The position numbers and the translations under genes were made by a program. From contig CAYWPX010000010.1 in assembly GCA_964460615.1 (NCBI GenBank), positions 1,252-65,251 of the forward strand: a stretch of 64,000 nt of DNA. The letters run 5' to 3'. Position 1 is the first letter of the stretch. Each line of letters starts with the position of its first letter. The notes beneath the pieces were generated by a model, which searched no databases, had not been told where the DNA came from, and worked only from the letters and a program-made list of their open reading frames with translations. Positions 1-8,615 of the stretch are shown here, one piece after another. This stretch comes from an uncultured Planctomycetia bacterium. GTDB taxonomy: Bacteria > Omnitrophota > Gorgyraeia > CAYWPX01.

Positions 1-3000
1 GCACTGTGAAATCAGACCAATTGATTTTGGCTTTTGAAAGAATATTCAGATCCGACCAATTAATCCCGGCTATCGTCAGGGCTTCAAAATCTTCCCAATT
101 TATACCGGTAGTCGAAATTGTATTAATGTTAGCCCAATTGATTCCTGCGGTAGTCATTACATTAAAATCATCCCAGTTAATACCGGATTCGGATATTGTC
201 TTTAATCCTGACCAGTTAACCTTGGCCTCTGTCATGGTAGTAAGGTCGGACCAATTGATATTGGCTTTACTAAGAACCTCTAAATCGCTCCAATTAATTT
301 TCTTTAATGACAGAGCGTTTATATCAGACCAATTGATGTTCGCGGTTGACATCGCATTCAGATCAGCCCAGTTGATATTTATATTTGACAAAATAGTTAA
401 ATCGGACCAATTTATATCGGCAGTAGTCAAAACATTCAGATCTGACCAGTTTATCCCGGATTCAGATATTAAAAGTATATCATCCCAGTTTATCCCTAAT
501 GTTGTCATTGACATAAGATCGGTCCAATTTATGCCTTTAGTGCTCAATACCTCTATATCATCCCAGTTGATACCCGCCTCAGTCATTGTAGTCAGGTTAG
601 ACCAGTTAATACCGGCTGTGGACAGGTTTGCTATATCATCCCAATTAATTTCTGCCTCTGTCATTGTAGTAAAATCTGACCAGTTTATGCCGGCTTCAGA
701 AATAGCAGTAATATCATCCCAGTTAACTCCGGCTCCAGTAAGGAAGTTAAGATCTGCCCAGTTAATACCTTTTGTAGATATGACTTCTATATCATCCCAA
801 TTGATACCGGCTTCGGTCATGGTATTTAGATTAGCCCAGTTTACACTTGCCATGGTCATTGTTGTAAGGTCAGACCAATTAATATTTGCTTCAGTTAAAA
901 CCGTAAAATCAGACCAATTTACATTGGCATTAGATAAAATGGTCAGATCCCCCCAATTGATTTTGGCTCCGGATAAAGAAGTAATATCTAACCAGTTGAT
1001 ATTGGCCTCGGAAAGAGCGACCAGATCATCCCAATTAACATTTGCTTTGGTTAATACCGTCAGATCCGCCCAGTTTATTTTGGCTTTGGAAAGAGTGGTC
1101 AGATCAGACCAATTAATTCCAGCCTCAGTAAGAGTTTCGAAATTTGCCCAGTTAATTTTGGCTTTTGAAAGAGTGGAAAAATCGGTCCAATTAATATTGG
1201 CTTTTGTAAGAGTATTAAAATCTGCCCAGTTGATTTTGGCTTTACTTAGAACATCCAGATCGTCCCAGTTGACGCCAGCTGTTGTCATTGAGCTTAGATT
1301 CTCCCAGTTGATGCCTTTACTGGCCATGGCATCTATATCCGTCCAATTAATCCCGGCAATAGACATTCGGGAAATATCGTCCCAGTTGATCCCGGCTGTC
1401 GCCATAACATCGAGGCCGGTCCAATTTACATTAGCATCGCTCATTACAGCTATATCGTCCCAATTCACTCCGGCATTGGTAAGGCTGGCAAGATTATCCC
1501 AATTTATAGTCTCACTCCAGTCGACACCGGCTCCTGTCATATAGGCAAGGTCTGACCAATTGACTCCGACTATGGACATCTCTTTTATGTCGTTCCAATT
1601 TATCCCGACATCGGTGAGAACCGCTATATCATCCCAGTTAATACCGGCTCTCGACATCCTGAATATATCATCCCAGTTAACGCCCAATGCGGCAAGGCTT
1701 GAAACATCATCCCAGTTGACATTTGAGGCGGCCATTTTTTCTATATCATCCCAATTGATCCCCTGGATAGATAGGCGCCTCATATCGTCCCAGTTAACGC
1801 CAACATTTGCCATTTCAGCAACATCTGACCAATTAACCCCTGCTTTACTTAAGCTTTCAATATTAGTCCAATTGACCGAACCTATTGTTGTTGACAACCA
1901 TAATTGCCTGCCTGCTATGCCCTCCAATTCTTCAAATATGGATCCCTGACCCATAGTAGGCGTGCCGATAGCGGTAAGCACCTGACCCATTTTGGTATAT
2001 AAGGATTCTGCCTCGTTAGCACCAACAGCAGTTTTAACAGCATTGATATCGGACCAATTAATAGTGTCAGTTTTTGATTTAATAGAGGTTACATCTGACC
2101 AATTGATGGTTGTTGTACTGCTTTTTATTGCGGAGACGTCCGACCAATTTATGGTGTCGGTTTTAGCTTTAATTAAAGTGGATAGATATGTAGCAATGGA
2201 AACAACCGCAGAGGTCTCATAAGTAATCCCGCCATGTGTAATAGTAATATTATTAGCCAAAATATCATGATCAAGTGTAGCTGTCGGATGCGGTGAAGCT
2301 GTGCCGCTAATACTAGTATCACCTTCTGCGCCTGGAGCAAGTTCGCCACTATCTTCCATAGGAGCTCCACCAGGCCCCATACCAACATAAGTAATAGTCC
2401 ACGTATCACCCGCATTTAAAGGCACAGGAACTCCATTACTTTCAAGCCATATTCTATACAGAATATCTTGATCGCTTTCCATAGTAAATGTTGATTTTAA
2501 CTCAATCTTACCGGCAGGGCCGACTTTTACATAGGTATTATAAATAGCATAAGCCCTTGTTGCTTCTACATAAGCTGTATATTCAGCGGTAGGATCGGGA
2601 GGAGTCCAGGTGCCTGTAAATGTATTATTAACCCAATCAGAACTTAATAATATATTATCCTCACCTATTGTAATAGAGCCATAAGGGCCTGCTTCATCGG
2701 GTATAAAAGTAAGTTTTCTGCCGTTATATTCCAACCACACTGTTACATCATAACGATTATTAGCTTTGTCCCAGCTAAATACTGACTTAACCTCGATACC
2801 TGAGGATTGAGGAACAATACGGACATAAATAGCATGATAATACTCCTCATATCCGGCTGTTATTGCAGCAGTATATTCGGAAGCTGGGTCGGGGGGAACC
2901 CAATAACCTGAAAATGTTGTTTCAGTTTGAGCCCATGTTATAGATGCAGGACTGCCATCTATGGAAATTGATGGTTCTTGGTAACCTCCTTGCAAGGTAA

Positions 3001-4321
3001 GCATTCTTCCATTAGTTTCAAACCAAATTGTTATATCATAACGGTCCAGATTATACGGAGACTCCCGCCCTTGTACACCATTTTTCCAGGTAAATATGGC
3101 TTTAAGCTGGATAGTAGGAGCTTGGGAAACATTGTAAACAAAATGGCCTGTATATGTTTTTCCTGAAGAAGCGACCGTAATCGTAACATCGGCATGATAA
3201 TCTGTTCTGGAATCCGACGGGATCCATCCGGAAATACCAAAAATATTATTTATCGGGTCGCCAAAAGCCACTGCTCCAAACGAAGCTTCAGAAGAATTAT
3301 CTAATTTTTTGATCTCAACAGCACACGTGTCACTTGCTGTAAGAGTCTTTATAACTCCTTTTTCTAAAAGAAAGGCCTGTATTTGAAAAGACTCTGATTG
3401 AGAATCCCATAAAATATTTGAAGCCACCTTTATTTCAGCAAGTAAGGCCGCAACATCAAACCGGAATTTCCCTTGATAACTTTTCCCGGTTGAAGCAACG
3501 ATTATGGTAATTGTAGCATCATAATAAACATTTCTATCAGAAGGATTCCAGCTGGAGTATGTAAAAATACCGCCTGTAGGATCACCAAAATTAGCGTCAA
3601 GAAGGACGACTTCGCTTGTATTGTCCGGTTTTAGGATTGCACAGCTCGTAACATAATCACTTGCTGTAAGACTTGTTACAACCGAGCCATTTTTGGATAG
3701 ATAGGTGGTTATTACAAACCTATCTGTGGAGGGATTATATCTAATGTATGCCTCAACATTCATATCAGAAGATAAAATATCAAAAGCACTCGATGTAGCA
3801 CTTGTGAGGCCCGAAGCTGTTGCGCTCAAGGAGTATAATTCCCCCGCTTTATCTATATTTAAACCTTTTCCGGTAAAATCAGCTACACCCGCGACTGCCG
3901 ACATGGAGGTAGTACCGCCGAGCGCTCCGCCTCCGGGGTTATTATTAATGGAAAGGGTGACGGTATCGGTGGCATTCAAGACAGTATTGCCGTTTGCATC
4001 AACAATAGTTACAATAGGCTGGGGGCTAAAAGCCTCTGTGGCGTTTGTAGTTTTGGGAGAGGTAGAAAATGAAAGAGCGGACTTAGTGGTATAGCCAAGG
4101 GTTGCTGAGCTTGAATTAGTTGAAACATTGTAACCACTATATGAACCGCCGTGATACATATCGGTGGAAAGCTCAACATAAGAATAGCCGTCATAACTGC
4201 CTCCGGTATAGATAGCGGCGTATGAAAATGCTGTAAAAGAAAATATTAAAAGACTGGATAAAATAAGGCCTGATAATATCCCTTTTAATAAAAAGCTTAT
4301 ATTTTTCTTTTTATTTTTCAT
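1..4321 (-). CDS. Giant secreted repeat protein, partial. Start ATG at 4321..4319; the C-terminus runs off the window start. Layout: signal peptide, ~700-aa N-terminal region with internally duplicated modules, then >=50 tandem 13-aa repeats with consensus x-A-G-[IV]-N-W-[SDN]-D-[LI]-x-x-[LM]-[ST].
   Basis: Hand reverse-complement translation from ATG 4321 reads MKNKKKNISFLLKGILSGLILSSLLIFSFTAFSYA... without a stop down to position 1. A 39-nt periodicity (gaccaatt...) runs from nt ~1 to ~2170. None of the other listed ORFs reaches 4321, consistent with an open frame leaving the window. The + strand ORFs 6..1544, 1560..1949 and 1992..2222 carry the antisense SDQLIP 13-mer and are shadows. Confidence 0.8.
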   Translation of the reverse strand, partial: MKNKKKNISFLLKGILSGLILSSLLIFSFTAFSYAAIYTGGSYDGYSYVELSTDMYHGGSYSGYNVSTNSSSATLGYTTKSALSFSTSPKTTNATEAFSPQPIVTIVDANGNTVLNATDTVTLSINNNPGGGALGGTTSMSAVAGVADFTGKGLNIDKAGELYSLSATASGLTSATSSAFDILSSDMNVEAYIRYNPSTDRFVITTYLSKNGSVVTSLTASDYVTSCAILKPDNTSEVVLLDANFGDPTGGIFTYSSWNPSDRNVYYDATITIIVASTGKSYQGKFRFDVAALLAEIKVASNILWDSQSESFQIQAFLLEKGVIKTLTASDTCAVEIKKLDNSSEASFGAVAFGDPINNIFGISGWIPSDSRTDYHADVTITVASSGKTYTGHFVYNVSQAPTIQLKAIFTWKNGVQGRESPYNLDRYDITIWFETNGRMLTLQGGYQEPSISIDGSPASITWAQTETTFSGYWVPPDPASEYTAAITAGYEEYYHAIYVRIVPQSSGIEVKSVFSWDKANNRYDVTVWLEYNGRKLTFIPDEAGPYGSITIGEDNILLSSDWVNNTFTGTWTPPDPTAEYTAYVEATRAYAIYNTYVKVGPAGKIELKSTFTMESDQDILYRIWLESNGVPVPLNAGDTWTITYVGMGPGGAPMEDSGELAPGAEGDTSISGTASPHPTATLDHDILANNITITHGGITYETSAVVSIATYLSTLIKAKTDTINWSDVSAIKSSTTTINWSDVTSIKSKTDTINWSDINAVKTAVGANEAESLYTKMGQVLTAIGTPTMGQGSIFEELEGIAGRQLWLSTTIGSVNWTNIESLSKAGVNWSDVAEMANVGVNWDDMRRLSIQGINWDDIEKMAASNVNWDDVSSLAALGVNWDDIFRMSRAGINWDDIAVLTDVGINWNDIKEMSIVGVNWSDLAYMTGAGVDWSETINWDNLASLTNAGVNWDDIAVMSDANVNWTGLDVMATAGINWDDISRMSIAGINWTDIDAMASKGINWENLSSMTTAGVNWDDLDVLSKAKINWADFNTLTKANINWTDFSTLSKAKINWANFETLTEAGINWSDLTTLSKAKINWADLTVLTKANVNWDDLVALSEANINWLDITSLSGAKINWGDLTILSNANVNWSDFTVLTEANINWSDLTTMTMASVNWANLNTMTEAGINWDDIEVISTKGINWADLNFLTGAGVNWDDITAISEAGINWSDFTTMTEAEINWDDIANLSTAGINWSNLTTMTEAGINWDDIEVLSTKGINWTDLMSMTTLGINWDDILLISESGINWSDLNVLTTADINWSDLTILSNININWADLNAMSTANINWSDINALSLKKINWSDLEVLSKANINWSDLTTMTEAKVNWSGLKTISESGINWDDFNVMTTAGINWANINTISTTGINWEDFEALTIAGINWSDLNILSKAKINWSDFTV

Positions 4322-4330
4322 TAAGATTTA

Positions 4331-4376
4331 TTAGCTCATAGTTCATGGCTCATGGCTCATAGCTCATAGTAACTCC
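4331..4376. repeat. Short dispersed leader motif TTAGCTCATAG(TT)CATGGCTCATGG / CATGGCTCATAGTAA in the 5' leader of the giant gene. Related copies lie at 17011-17063 (macB leader) and inverted at 4843-4868.
   Basis: Direct sequence comparison of the three loci; each is immediately upstream of a minus-strand start codon. Confidence 0.5.
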
Positions 4377-4383
4377 TAAAAAA

Positions 4384-4820
4384 CTACGATACAGAGCTTT
4401 TTATAGACTTAATCAAACTTGAAAGCATTTTCCCTATCTCGTTACCCGATTCTTTAAATTCATCTAACTGTAAATCGCTTATCCAACCTTTTTTATTGAA
4501 TATAACTAACAACGTTACTAATTCAAATAGCGAACCTCTTGCTATATATAAATATTGAATAAATTCTTTTTTGGAATATCTACCCTTTCCCTCTGCAATT
4601 CAAAGAATTGCGAGGACTTTAGTCCCGGAAATGCTTTGCATTTCTCGGGGCCCTCTGCAATATTTAAAGCTATAGAAGCGGCAGAAGATTCAAGTTGCTC
4701 AACAAGTCTAAAATGCTTTCTATCGGTTGTTATCTGATCTGTTAAATCTATAACTCTTTTAGAGAAATCAACTGCCTTTTTCCAAACCTCTAAATCTTCA
4801 AAGCTATATTTAACTGTCAT
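4384..4820 (-). pseudogene. Four-helix-bundle protein (23S rRNA intervening-sequence protein family), disrupted by an insertion that shifts the frame.
   Basis: The N-terminal part (listed ORF 4542..4820) reads ...FEDLEVWKKAVDFSKRVIDLTDQI...ALNIAEG. The family C-terminus KGRYSKKEFIQYLYIARGSLFELVTLLVIFNKKGWISDLQLDEFKESGNEIGKMLSSLIKSIKSS continues in another frame down to a stop at 4384. Removing the 62-nt insert restores NIAEGKGRYSKKEF in frame. Confidence 0.65.
4600..4661. mobile_element. 62-bp insertion inside the four-helix-bundle gene. It is flanked by an 11-bp direct repeat CCCTCTGCAAT (4589-4599 and 4651-4661) and contains two small hairpins (gtcccggaaatgc/gcatttctcgggg and ggact/agtcc).
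   Basis: The direct repeat was read directly. Insert length 62 is not a multiple of 3 and explains the frame change between the N- and C-terminal halves of the host gene. Confidence 0.5.
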
Positions 4821-4871
4821 TATTAATATTTTCTTTTGCTATAAACCATCAGCCATGAACTATGAGCTAAC

Positions 4872-5147
4872 TTACGGGGCGGTCCCCGTAAGTTGCCAAT
4901 TACGCAATCTTTGTTTAAGAAATCGCTTGCCAACTCCGGATTTTAAATATTTCTCTCTTTGTACGGCATCATTAATATTTAAACATGCTTCATAATAAAT
5001 CAATATTAACGGCCTTCTATATCTAGTTGAATATACTTTGCCATCATTATGTTCCTCTAAGCGATTTCTTAAATCATTTGTTCGGCCAGTATAATATTTA
5101 AAATCCTTTGAGCTTAATAATACGTATGTATAGTACATTGTCTTCAT
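4872..5147 (-). CDS. GIY-YIG nuclease family protein
   Basis: YTYVLLSSKDFKYYTGRTNDLRNRLEEHNDG motif. The 3' end overlaps a perfect hairpin cttacgggg-cggt-ccccgtaag. Confidence 0.85.
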   Translation of the reverse strand: MKTMYYTYVLLSSKDFKYYTGRTNDLRNRLEEHNDGKVYSTRYRRPLILIYYEACLNINDAVQREKYLKSGVGKRFLKQRLRNWQLTGTAP

Positions 5148-5153
5148 AGCAAC

Positions 5154-6791
5154 TTACGGGGCAGTCCTTGCGCATCTGCCGCCCAGCATGCTGGCGCGGT
5201 CCGGGTCTCCGCTACTTATAGCGGCCCATCTGTTTGAAACTCTGCAATCTCCAGATATAGTATCATAAGCGCCTCCCCGAAGGCCTGTTCCAACCCAATC
5301 AGTCACTCCCCGAGCTACAGTAGAATCTATGCCCGGCCAGTCAGTATTGGTAGCATTCCCTTCATAGCTGGTAGTAGTGGTTAACACCCCATCCCCATGC
5401 GTGCCTAAAAAAACTCTTCCTTCAGTCATTCCTAAGGTAACAATAAGTTCATATAAATTACCGGTTAAATCCAGGTTACCATAATAACCTGCACCCGCAT
5501 TTTCTCTAGTAGATGTACTATCAGCATATGATCCGGTTCTATAAGGCCCATCGGGAGAACAACTATCAATATTTGCATTGCCCTGGTTGGGGATTTCAGT
5601 AACTGTGCCGCTATTTGTAAGAGAAGTTGTAGCTGTTTCAAAATTTGTACTGCCCCAGCTATATTCTTCAAGTATAGGGTAATTTGGACCACGACAGACC
5701 TTTTCGTATTCAAGCTCTGTGTAGGGCCTAAGGGCTGCCCAATCAGTATATGCTGCAACATCAGGCCATGATAAATAACCACACCCTATGCACTGACCAT
5801 CAGTTGTTTCATTAAATGTCTTATCATGATCGTAATCACAACCAAATGTGATCACTCCAGCGCCAGGAGTAGTAGGGACGCGGATACCATTGCGGTAATT
5901 ATCAGCTGAAGCAATATTTGCCGCAGTAGCTGTATTTGCCAGCGCATAATAATCTCCAGTTTGAGAAGCTGTCCTCGTATTTTGCTGAACACGAGTAAGG
6001 GTATTAAGAAAATCTTTGTACTGATCTTGAGATATCTCATATTTCATCAAATAAAAAGCACTGTACCCTTTAGGGAACGTTACCGGCAATGTCCTGGTGG
6101 TAGAATCATTAAAATCATCAATACTAAACATTCCTGTAGTATTATTATTTCCAAGGCTCCCGGCACCGCCCCCACCAAGAATCAGTTCATTTTCACTGAT
6201 TATTTGTTTAGGAACGCCTGTTGTGCCGTCTTCAAATTGACCAGCCAAGCTACCACCGGATTCGCCGTCACCTACATAAAAAGCCCCGGTTGGTATATAC
6301 ACCATCTCGATACCATAAATCCTGAATACAGTTAATGGACCGTTAGCGTTGGCATCAGTTACACTGCTTGCTCCATAATCCCAGACTATCTCTACGTTTG
6401 AAGTGCTTAAAGATCCTGTGCCTGCTGCAGACCTTTGGATAAAACAACCCTTCATATCGCTAGGTACTACTATTTCCAGGGCAGTACCGGAGGTACCTAT
6501 AGAAAAACCTGTGGGGTTGGTCCCCGAGCCATTAAGCGTACCATGGCTCCAGGTTGTTCCGCCGTCAGTTGAATATTTCAGAAACACCCACGCCGCGTCA
6601 TAATTGGTATCATCCCTCCAGGAATTGCTCCAGGAAATAGTAAATTTCAGATTTAGGGTGTCATTGGTCGTATCCTGTCCGGAAACGGTGAGGCTCGTTA
6701 TTGAAAGATAGTTGGCAAAACATATGCCTTTTGAAAATAATAAAATAAAAATAAATAATGAAAACAATATAAATATTTTTTTCATAAACAC
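5154..6791 (-). CDS. Secreted formylglycine-generating-enzyme (FGE/SUMF1) domain protein with an N-terminal Asp-box (STDGGTTW) region
   Basis: Signal peptide MFMKKIFILFSLFIFILLFS. FGE-fold motifs IEMVYIPTGAFYVGDG, YLMKYEISQDQYKDFLN, LSWPDVAAYTDWAALRPYTELEYEKVCRG, GNLYELIV, RGG. Ends GGRCARTAP. Confidence 0.75.
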   Translation of the reverse strand: MFMKKIFILFSLFIFILLFSKGICFANYLSITSLTVSGQDTTNDTLNLKFTISWSNSWRDDTNYDAAWVFLKYSTDGGTTWSHGTLNGSGTNPTGFSIGTSGTALEIVVPSDMKGCFIQRSAAGTGSLSTSNVEIVWDYGASSVTDANANGPLTVFRIYGIEMVYIPTGAFYVGDGESGGSLAGQFEDGTTGVPKQIISENELILGGGGAGSLGNNNTTGMFSIDDFNDSTTRTLPVTFPKGYSAFYLMKYEISQDQYKDFLNTLTRVQQNTRTASQTGDYYALANTATAANIASADNYRNGIRVPTTPGAGVITFGCDYDHDKTFNETTDGQCIGCGYLSWPDVAAYTDWAALRPYTELEYEKVCRGPNYPILEEYSWGSTNFETATTSLTNSGTVTEIPNQGNANIDSCSPDGPYRTGSYADSTSTRENAGAGYYGNLDLTGNLYELIVTLGMTEGRVFLGTHGDGVLTTTTSYEGNATNTDWPGIDSTVARGVTDWVGTGLRGGAYDTISGDCRVSNRWAAISSGDPDRASMLGGRCARTAP

Positions 6792-6868
6792 TCTCTATTA
6801 ATGATCACTTACAACAGTTATAATTTCCCTCTTATACATTCACTATCAAAAATTAAACCTAAAATCTA

Positions 6869-8446
6869 TTAGGGCTCAGTCCTCGCACAACGGCCGCCAG
6901 TTTCCTGTGTGCGGGTTGATGCGCCACTTGAAGCATAGTTTCTATTAGAAATAGAAGCAATCGGGGCAGTAGGGATCCAACTCCCTCCGCGCTTGCCGGA
7001 CCCCGCTGCGCCGGTAACTCCTCTTGCTTGCGTGCCGTCAATGCCGGGCCAATCGGTGTTTGTAGCGTTTCCTTCATAGCTTGCGGTAGTAGTTAAAACA
7101 CCGTCTCCGTGTGTCCCCTGAAAAGCCCTCCCGAAACTATTACCAACTGAAACGACATATTCATGTAAATTGCCGGCCAATTCCATATTTCCATAATAGC
7201 CAGCTCCTGAAGTTACTCTTGTCGAGGTGCTTGTTGCAAATATACCTACTCTTAAAGGGCCATATCCCCCATCACCGCCGCTTAAAGGCATTGCGGGAGA
7301 ATAATTACAATTAGCGCCGGAAGTTGTTATGGTCTCTGTGCCGGATTCGCTTCCTGAAATAGTGGCAGCTGAAGTATATGAATTAGTCCCCCAAGCATAT
7401 TCACCATATACTGAAGCATTAGTCCCGCGGCATGCCTTTTCATATTCAAGCTCGGTCATAGGCCTAAGGGCGGCCCAATCAGCATAAGCACACACATCCA
7501 TCCAGCTAAGATAACTGCAAGCTCTGTAAGGCCTGGTTGTTGTGGCGCTACCGCTACCTGTCCAGCTAACGGTATTTCGGCTACTAACAGCATCTGAGTT
7601 TTTACCCGTAGCATCGGTAATATCTCTTTGAAGCCTTTGGGCAGCAGTAAGAGTATTAAAAAAATCCACCCATTGGCCTTCTGTGATCTCATGCTTCATA
7701 AGATAGAAATTTTTTGTACTTGACCCGTTCACAAGACCATTTGGAAAACTATTATTACCGGTAATGCCAAAACCCAGCATCCAACCCTGTATATATATGC
7801 TGTGGTCTGTATCAATATCGTCATTGGCACTTGCATCACAGCTAATGTAATTAGAACCTATCATTGGTTCAGCTTGCATAGCCGTATTATCCGTAGCAGA
7901 ATGAAAAGCGTATGTAGATTCATTTGTGCTATTGCCGTCCCCAAGGTAATACCCCCCCGGAGGTATATATACCATTTCTATTGCGAATACCTTAACGATC
8001 GCAGTACTTGAAGCGCTAAGGCCGTCTCCTTGCCAGTCCCAGCAAAGCCTGACATCATAGGCAGTAACTGTACCGGGAAATTCCCCAGTAGCTGCTCTTT
8101 GGAGAAAAGCACCCTTTTTATCACTGGGGACAATTATATCAACATCCATAGATGTCCCGCCGGAAGTATCGCTAGGGTTGGTGCCTGCGGTTTTCAAAGT
8201 AGCATGGTTCCAGGTAGTACCGCTATCGGTAGAATATTTGACAAAGAGCCACACAGCATCATAATTTATCTGGTTTCTCCAGCCGTTGTACCATCTGACA
8301 TCCATATTAATATCTATCGTACCGTTGGCTGCATTGGGATTGGTAAGATACACATCTATAACGGTTAGATTATTAGCAAAAGAAAGCTTTGCAATAAAAC
8401 CAGTGAAAAATAATAATATCAAATATATTTTAATTGATCTTTTCAT
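6869..8446 (-). CDS. Secreted FGE/SUMF1 domain protein; tandem paralog of 5154..6791
   Basis: Same architecture and motifs (YSTDSGTTW, IEMVYIPPGGYYLGDG, YLMKHEITEGQWVDFFN, LSWMDVCAYADWAALRPMTELEYEKACRG, GNLHEYVV). Ends GGRCARTEP. Confidence 0.75.
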   Translation of the reverse strand: MKRSIKIYLILLFFTGFIAKLSFANNLTVIDVYLTNPNAANGTIDINMDVRWYNGWRNQINYDAVWLFVKYSTDSGTTWNHATLKTAGTNPSDTSGGTSMDVDIIVPSDKKGAFLQRAATGEFPGTVTAYDVRLCWDWQGDGLSASSTAIVKVFAIEMVYIPPGGYYLGDGNSTNESTYAFHSATDNTAMQAEPMIGSNYISCDASANDDIDTDHSIYIQGWMLGFGITGNNSFPNGLVNGSSTKNFYLMKHEITEGQWVDFFNTLTAAQRLQRDITDATGKNSDAVSSRNTVSWTGSGSATTTRPYRACSYLSWMDVCAYADWAALRPMTELEYEKACRGTNASVYGEYAWGTNSYTSAATISGSESGTETITTSGANCNYSPAMPLSGGDGGYGPLRVGIFATSTSTRVTSGAGYYGNMELAGNLHEYVVSVGNSFGRAFQGTHGDGVLTTTASYEGNATNTDWPGIDGTQARGVTGAAGSGKRGGSWIPTAPIASISNRNYASSGASTRTQETGGRCARTEP

Positions 8447-8508
8447 AATTATTCTCTCTATTGTTTTGTTCCTTGCTATCAGCTGTCAGCCTTCAGCCCT
8501 TCCTACAA

Positions 8509-8572
8509 GCGAGGCAGGCCCGCCTGCGCAGGAATGACAAATACTTAATTTATTTTTTCTATTACCCTAACC
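8509..8572. repeat. Partial copy of the GC-rich palindromic element family (…GCAGGAATGACAAATACTTAATTTATTTTTTCT…)
   Basis: Shares GCGAGGCAGGCCCGCCTG and the GGAATGACAAAT + AT-rich tail with the elements at 9864-10066, 13501-13960 and 48404-48548. Confidence 0.5.
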
Positions 8573-8615
8573 CTCGCCTTTTGCCTAGAGTAACTTTATA
8601 CTAACAACTTTTCAC

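Noticed and set aside
6-2222. + strand ORFs 6..1544, 1560..1949 and 1992..2222 with SDQLIP-type 13-mer repeats
   Set aside because: They are the antisense reading of the 39-bp repeat array and are interrupted by frame breaks, whereas the minus strand reads as one uninterrupted ORF from 4321 to the window edge with a signal peptide. Called as shadow ORFs.
2173-4194. Small ORFs 2173..2415(-), 2978..3166(+), 3031..3240(-), 3705..4094(+), 4009..4194(-)
   Set aside because: All lie within, and out of frame with, the giant minus-strand CDS. Low-complexity composition and no motifs.
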